Shown piece by piece: positions 60,817 through 64,000 of a DNA stretch of 64,000 nt. The stretch is from NCBI GenBank assembly GCA_964291315.2, contig OZ219753.1, positions 2,016,001 through 2,080,000 on the forward strand, read 5' to 3'. The notes below the pieces were generated by a model, which did not search any database, had not been told where the DNA came from, and worked only from the letters and a program-made list of their open reading frames with translations. This DNA is from Candidatus Poribacteria bacterium. GTDB lineage: Bacteria > Poribacteria > WGA-4E > WGA-3G. Positions within the stretch are counted from its first letter, which is position 1. Each line of letters starts with the position of its first letter. A program made the position numbers and the translations under genes.

Positions 60817-62547
60817 TTAGCAAGCGCCGCACTTTTTACAGACGGTTGTGTCACAAGCGCTGGTCATAAACCCTTTTTCCTGCTTGTGGAATTCAAGTTG
60901 TAAAAACTGAGGTTTGACGTTGAGGTCGAGGTGATCCCATGGGTTGACCTCATGTAGCGGACGTTCACGTGTGGCGTAAAAATGAGGTAACAATTCGTAT
61001 TTACGAAAGGCTTGATTCCATGATGTCCCGCGTGCTAGTTCCAATATAACCTTTCCTAGTCGTCGATCACCGCGGGCAAAAACGGCTTCTTGGTGTGCGA
61101 GTCTTGCGCTCGCGGATCCGACTTTTATGCTACCGAGGCGGTTAATTTCGCGTTTCAAAAATTCAAGTTTTCGGGCAATGGTTTTGGGTGGTTCCATCGC
61201 GACCCACTGGAAAGGCGTATGCGGCTTCGGCACCATGGGAGAAATGGTAAAGCTAATACGTGCCATCCTACCTGTCCGTTTTGCGTGCGGCAGCAATATG
61301 GTTCGCATCTCCTTTGCCATATCAACAATTGCCTCGACATCCGCCGGGGTTTCGTTGGGAACGCCGATAAGAAAGTATAGACGGAGGTTGAGAATATCCC
61401 GTTTTAACGCTTCCTCAAAGACATAGTAAAGGCGCTCGCGTGGAATGGCTTTATTGACCACCTTTTGAAGTTCTTCGGTTGCGACTTCTGGGGCGATTGT
61501 GATTGTCCCTTGTTCGCTGTCGGCAAGTGCATCAAGTAAAGGCATGCGGACAGTTTCAGCGCGGAGAGAAGCACAAGAGATACGGAACCCGCGTGCTACG
61601 AGCCCTGAAGCGATGTCGTCGATTCGCGGGTGGTCAGAGATAGAGGCACCGACGAGTCCTATTCTGTCAGTAATGCCTCGTGCCCGTTCCGCGAGGTCGA
61701 GGGTATTTTCCACAGATCGGTGTCGTGGCCATCGGCGCGCGTAATCGGCGACACAGAAACGGCATTGTCTGCCGCATCCGCGCACGATTTCAATAAGATG
61801 AGCGTTTGAAAATTCTGTATTCGGCGTATGAATATGTGTGCAGGTTTCAACGTCGTCGAGTGTCGGAATAGCCCCAGCGCGGATCTGGGGGGATACCCCG
61901 GGTTTTGGACGGACTGCGTCAATAGTACCGTCACTTTGATACGTCACATCATAGAAACTGGGCACATAGAGACCTGGAACAGTTGAGAGTGTTTCAAGTA
62001 ATTCGCTTTTGGCGTTTCCACGTTGCTTCCATTGATAAAAACGCGCCATGAGTTGATGAACGACAAGTTCGGCTTCTCCGACAACAAAGACATCAATAAA
62101 ATCAGCAATAGGCTCAGGGTTGTAAGAGATATTGATGCCCCCGGCAATGACGAGGGGATCCCATTCTGTGCGGTCTTCGGCAAGTGGTGGAACGTTTGCT
62201 AGCTCTAATGTACGCGGAATATTTACATAATCCGACTCGAAAGAGACCGAGAACCCGATGATATCAAAGCGACTCAGCGGCGTTTGCGTTTCGAAGGAAA
62301 ATAGAGGAGTTTTTTGGGTAACAAGTTGGTGAAGATAATGTGGTTCAGGCAGAAAGACTCGCTCACAAGCGGTATCCGATCGATTGTTAAGCGTAGCATA
62401 GATAACCTGAACACCGAGGCTAGACATTCCAAGTTCATAAGTGCTAGGATAGACGAGCGCAAATTTGTTCGGTTTTCCGAAGTTATTACAGTCTCCGTGT
62501 TCGTTGTCGCGGAGGTTTTGATAGTGCTGTCGTAAGTTCACTGTCAT
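60817..62547 (-). CDS. B12-binding-type radical SAM protein
   Basis: YPS.Y..GMSSLG, CERVF, RGCGRQCRFC, YFLIG.P.ET, PKPHTPFQW. Confidence 0.85.
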   Translation of the reverse strand: MTVNLRQHYQNLRDNEHGDCNNFGKPNKFALVYPSTYELGMSSLGVQVIYATLNNRSDTACERVFLPEPHYLHQLVTQKTPLFSFETQTPLSRFDIIGFSVSFESDYVNIPRTLELANVPPLAEDRTEWDPLVIAGGINISYNPEPIADFIDVFVVGEAELVVHQLMARFYQWKQRGNAKSELLETLSTVPGLYVPSFYDVTYQSDGTIDAVRPKPGVSPQIRAGAIPTLDDVETCTHIHTPNTEFSNAHLIEIVRGCGRQCRFCVADYARRWPRHRSVENTLDLAERARGITDRIGLVGASISDHPRIDDIASGLVARGFRISCASLRAETVRMPLLDALADSEQGTITIAPEVATEELQKVVNKAIPRERLYYVFEEALKRDILNLRLYFLIGVPNETPADVEAIVDMAKEMRTILLPHAKRTGRMARISFTISPMVPKPHTPFQWVAMEPPKTIARKLEFLKREINRLGSIKVGSASARLAHQEAVFARGDRRLGKVILELARGTSWNQAFRKYELLPHFYATRERPLHEVNPWDHLDLNVKPQFLQLEFHKQEKGFMTSACDTTVCKKCGAC

Positions 62548-62685
62548 CCTCGTACATAGCAGTTTGGCGTGAAAGGTGCGTCAATAAGTAAAAATAGTGC
62601 AAGTTTGGCTATCGAGTAGCCTCGATATTGAGGTCGAGGCTACAAGAAAAGCGCCATTGATAGGAGAAGAATACAGAGGCAGCGG

Positions 62686-63978
62686 CTATCTGTTATTTTG
62701 TCCTCTTTTTTGAACTCGGAGGAATGCCGGGATTTCCCAATCTGTACTACTGCGCCGCTGTGTGTTTTCTTTTCCGCGTTCCGACCTGGTTTGCCTTGTT
62801 TGAGGGGGTTGTTCCTCTTGTTCGATAGGGGCTTCGAGGTCGCGCCTCCGAACTGGGCCAACCGGTCTACTTGGTAGCCGTCTACTAGTGCCCTGTCTGG
62901 TCCTACTGGGATGTTGCTTGGCACCTTCGGGGCCGGATTGTCTTTGGTAACCGTCGACGCGGTCATAACGTGCGTTATATTCTCTATTTGGTCCATCGAA
63001 AACCCCGTCTTCATCAGCATCGAAACCTGTTGCGATAACAGTTATCAAGACTTCGTCCCCGAGTTCCAATTCATCTTTGTAAACAAGTCCGAAGATGATT
63101 TGTGCATCGGTCGCGGTATCGTTAATGACCTGCATCGCTTCATTAAGTTCTTCCATCATGAAATCGGCGGAGGCGGTAATGTTGACGATCATCCCGATGG
63201 CGCCGGCGATGTTTGTGCGCTCAAGAAGCGGGGAACTAATAGCTTGTTCTGCGGCAATTTTTGCGCGATTATCGCCTGTAGCTCGGCCCATGCCCATCAG
63301 TGCTCCGCCTGCGTCTCGCATGATGGATTCAACGTCAGCGAAGTCGACATTAATTTCGCCGGCTTCGGTAATGATATCAGAGATACTCTGAACGCCATGA
63401 AGGAGAATCTGGTCGCCGATGCGAAAGGCGTCTCGGATTGGCAATTTTTTGTCCATTGTATCAATAAGACGTTGGTTTGGTACGACAATTACGGAGTCGG
63501 CTGCTACCCGTAATTCTTCAATTCCAGCTTCGGCTTGCTTGGAACGGCGTTGTCCTTCGAAGTTAAAAGGTCTGGTTACAACGCCGATCGTTAGTGCGCC
63601 TCGCTCGCGTGCAAGTGAAGCGATGAGAGGTGCTGCGCCGGTTCCGGTACCCCCGCCCATACCGGCGGTGATGAAGACCATGTTGGCGTTTTCAACGATA
63701 GTTTGCAAATGCTCTCTGTCTTCCTCGGCGGCTCTTTTACCGATATCCGGGTTTGCCCCGGAGCCTAGGCCCTCGGTTGTGTTAATACCGATCTGGATTT
63801 GGGTAGCCCCGCGGCAGGTTAGGAGCGCTTGTTGGTCCGTATTAACGGCATAGAATTCTATGCCGGTAAGGCCTGCCTCAATCATCCGTTTAACGGCGTT
63901 TCCTCCGGCTCCACCGACACCAATGACCTTGATTTTGGCACGTAAATTTTCAAATTCTTCTTGTTCAAATTCTATCAT
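62686..63978 (-). CDS. ftsZ: Cell division protein FtsZ
   Basis: GVGGAGGNAV, GGGTGTG tubulin motif, INVDFAD, C-terminal WEIPAFLR. Confidence 0.97.
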   Translation of the reverse strand: MIEFEQEEFENLRAKIKVIGVGGAGGNAVKRMIEAGLTGIEFYAVNTDQQALLTCRGATQIQIGINTTEGLGSGANPDIGKRAAEEDREHLQTIVENANMVFITAGMGGGTGTGAAPLIASLARERGALTIGVVTRPFNFEGQRRSKQAEAGIEELRVAADSVIVVPNQRLIDTMDKKLPIRDAFRIGDQILLHGVQSISDIITEAGEINVDFADVESIMRDAGGALMGMGRATGDNRAKIAAEQAISSPLLERTNIAGAIGMIVNITASADFMMEELNEAMQVINDTATDAQIIFGLVYKDELELGDEVLITVIATGFDADEDGVFDGPNREYNARYDRVDGYQRQSGPEGAKQHPSRTRQGTSRRLPSRPVGPVRRRDLEAPIEQEEQPPQTRQTRSERGKENTQRRSSTDWEIPAFLRVQKRGQNNR

Positions 63979-64000
63979 GTTGGATTTCAGTCACTACACT

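Noticed and set aside
53000-64000. Possible GC-skew switch marking a replication origin
   Set aside because: Spot counts were inconsistent, and I saw no DnaA-box cluster or dnaA gene.

Overview
Gene-dense bacterial chromosome segment with no rRNA, tRNA, CRISPR array or intact transposase that I could recognise. The gene content suggests Candidatus Poribacteria or a relative (inference): PhyH dioxygenases, a sulfatase, DUF1592/DUF1552, a lamin-tail protein ending in KLTTRWGELK, an FlgD-Ig/T9SS-like C-terminal domain and a PorV-like barrel. Housekeeping genes include hisZ-hisG-hisS, holA, thrC, argF, rqcH (NFACT) and ftsZ. Reading outside the ORF track gave several features it missed. (1) A His-rich leader peptide (MLDINTFNRHRHHSHF) with alternative hairpins and a U9 tract sits ahead of hisZ-hisG-hisS, a candidate attenuator. 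(2) An ArsC/Spx-like gene has an in-frame TGA in a UxxC motif, a candidate selenoprotein. (3) A type III Mod-like DNA methyltransferase with no res gene nearby is frameshifted at a C8 tract. (4) An orphan FGE-sulfatase C-terminal cassette shares its non-coding 3' flank with an intact FGE gene about 33 kb away. (5) An orphan KLTTRWxELK motif relic and a roughly 660-nt structured leader lie beside the lamin-tail gene. (6) A partial ArnT/PMT-like gene runs off the left edge. All functional calls come from motif recognition by eye; no searches were run.
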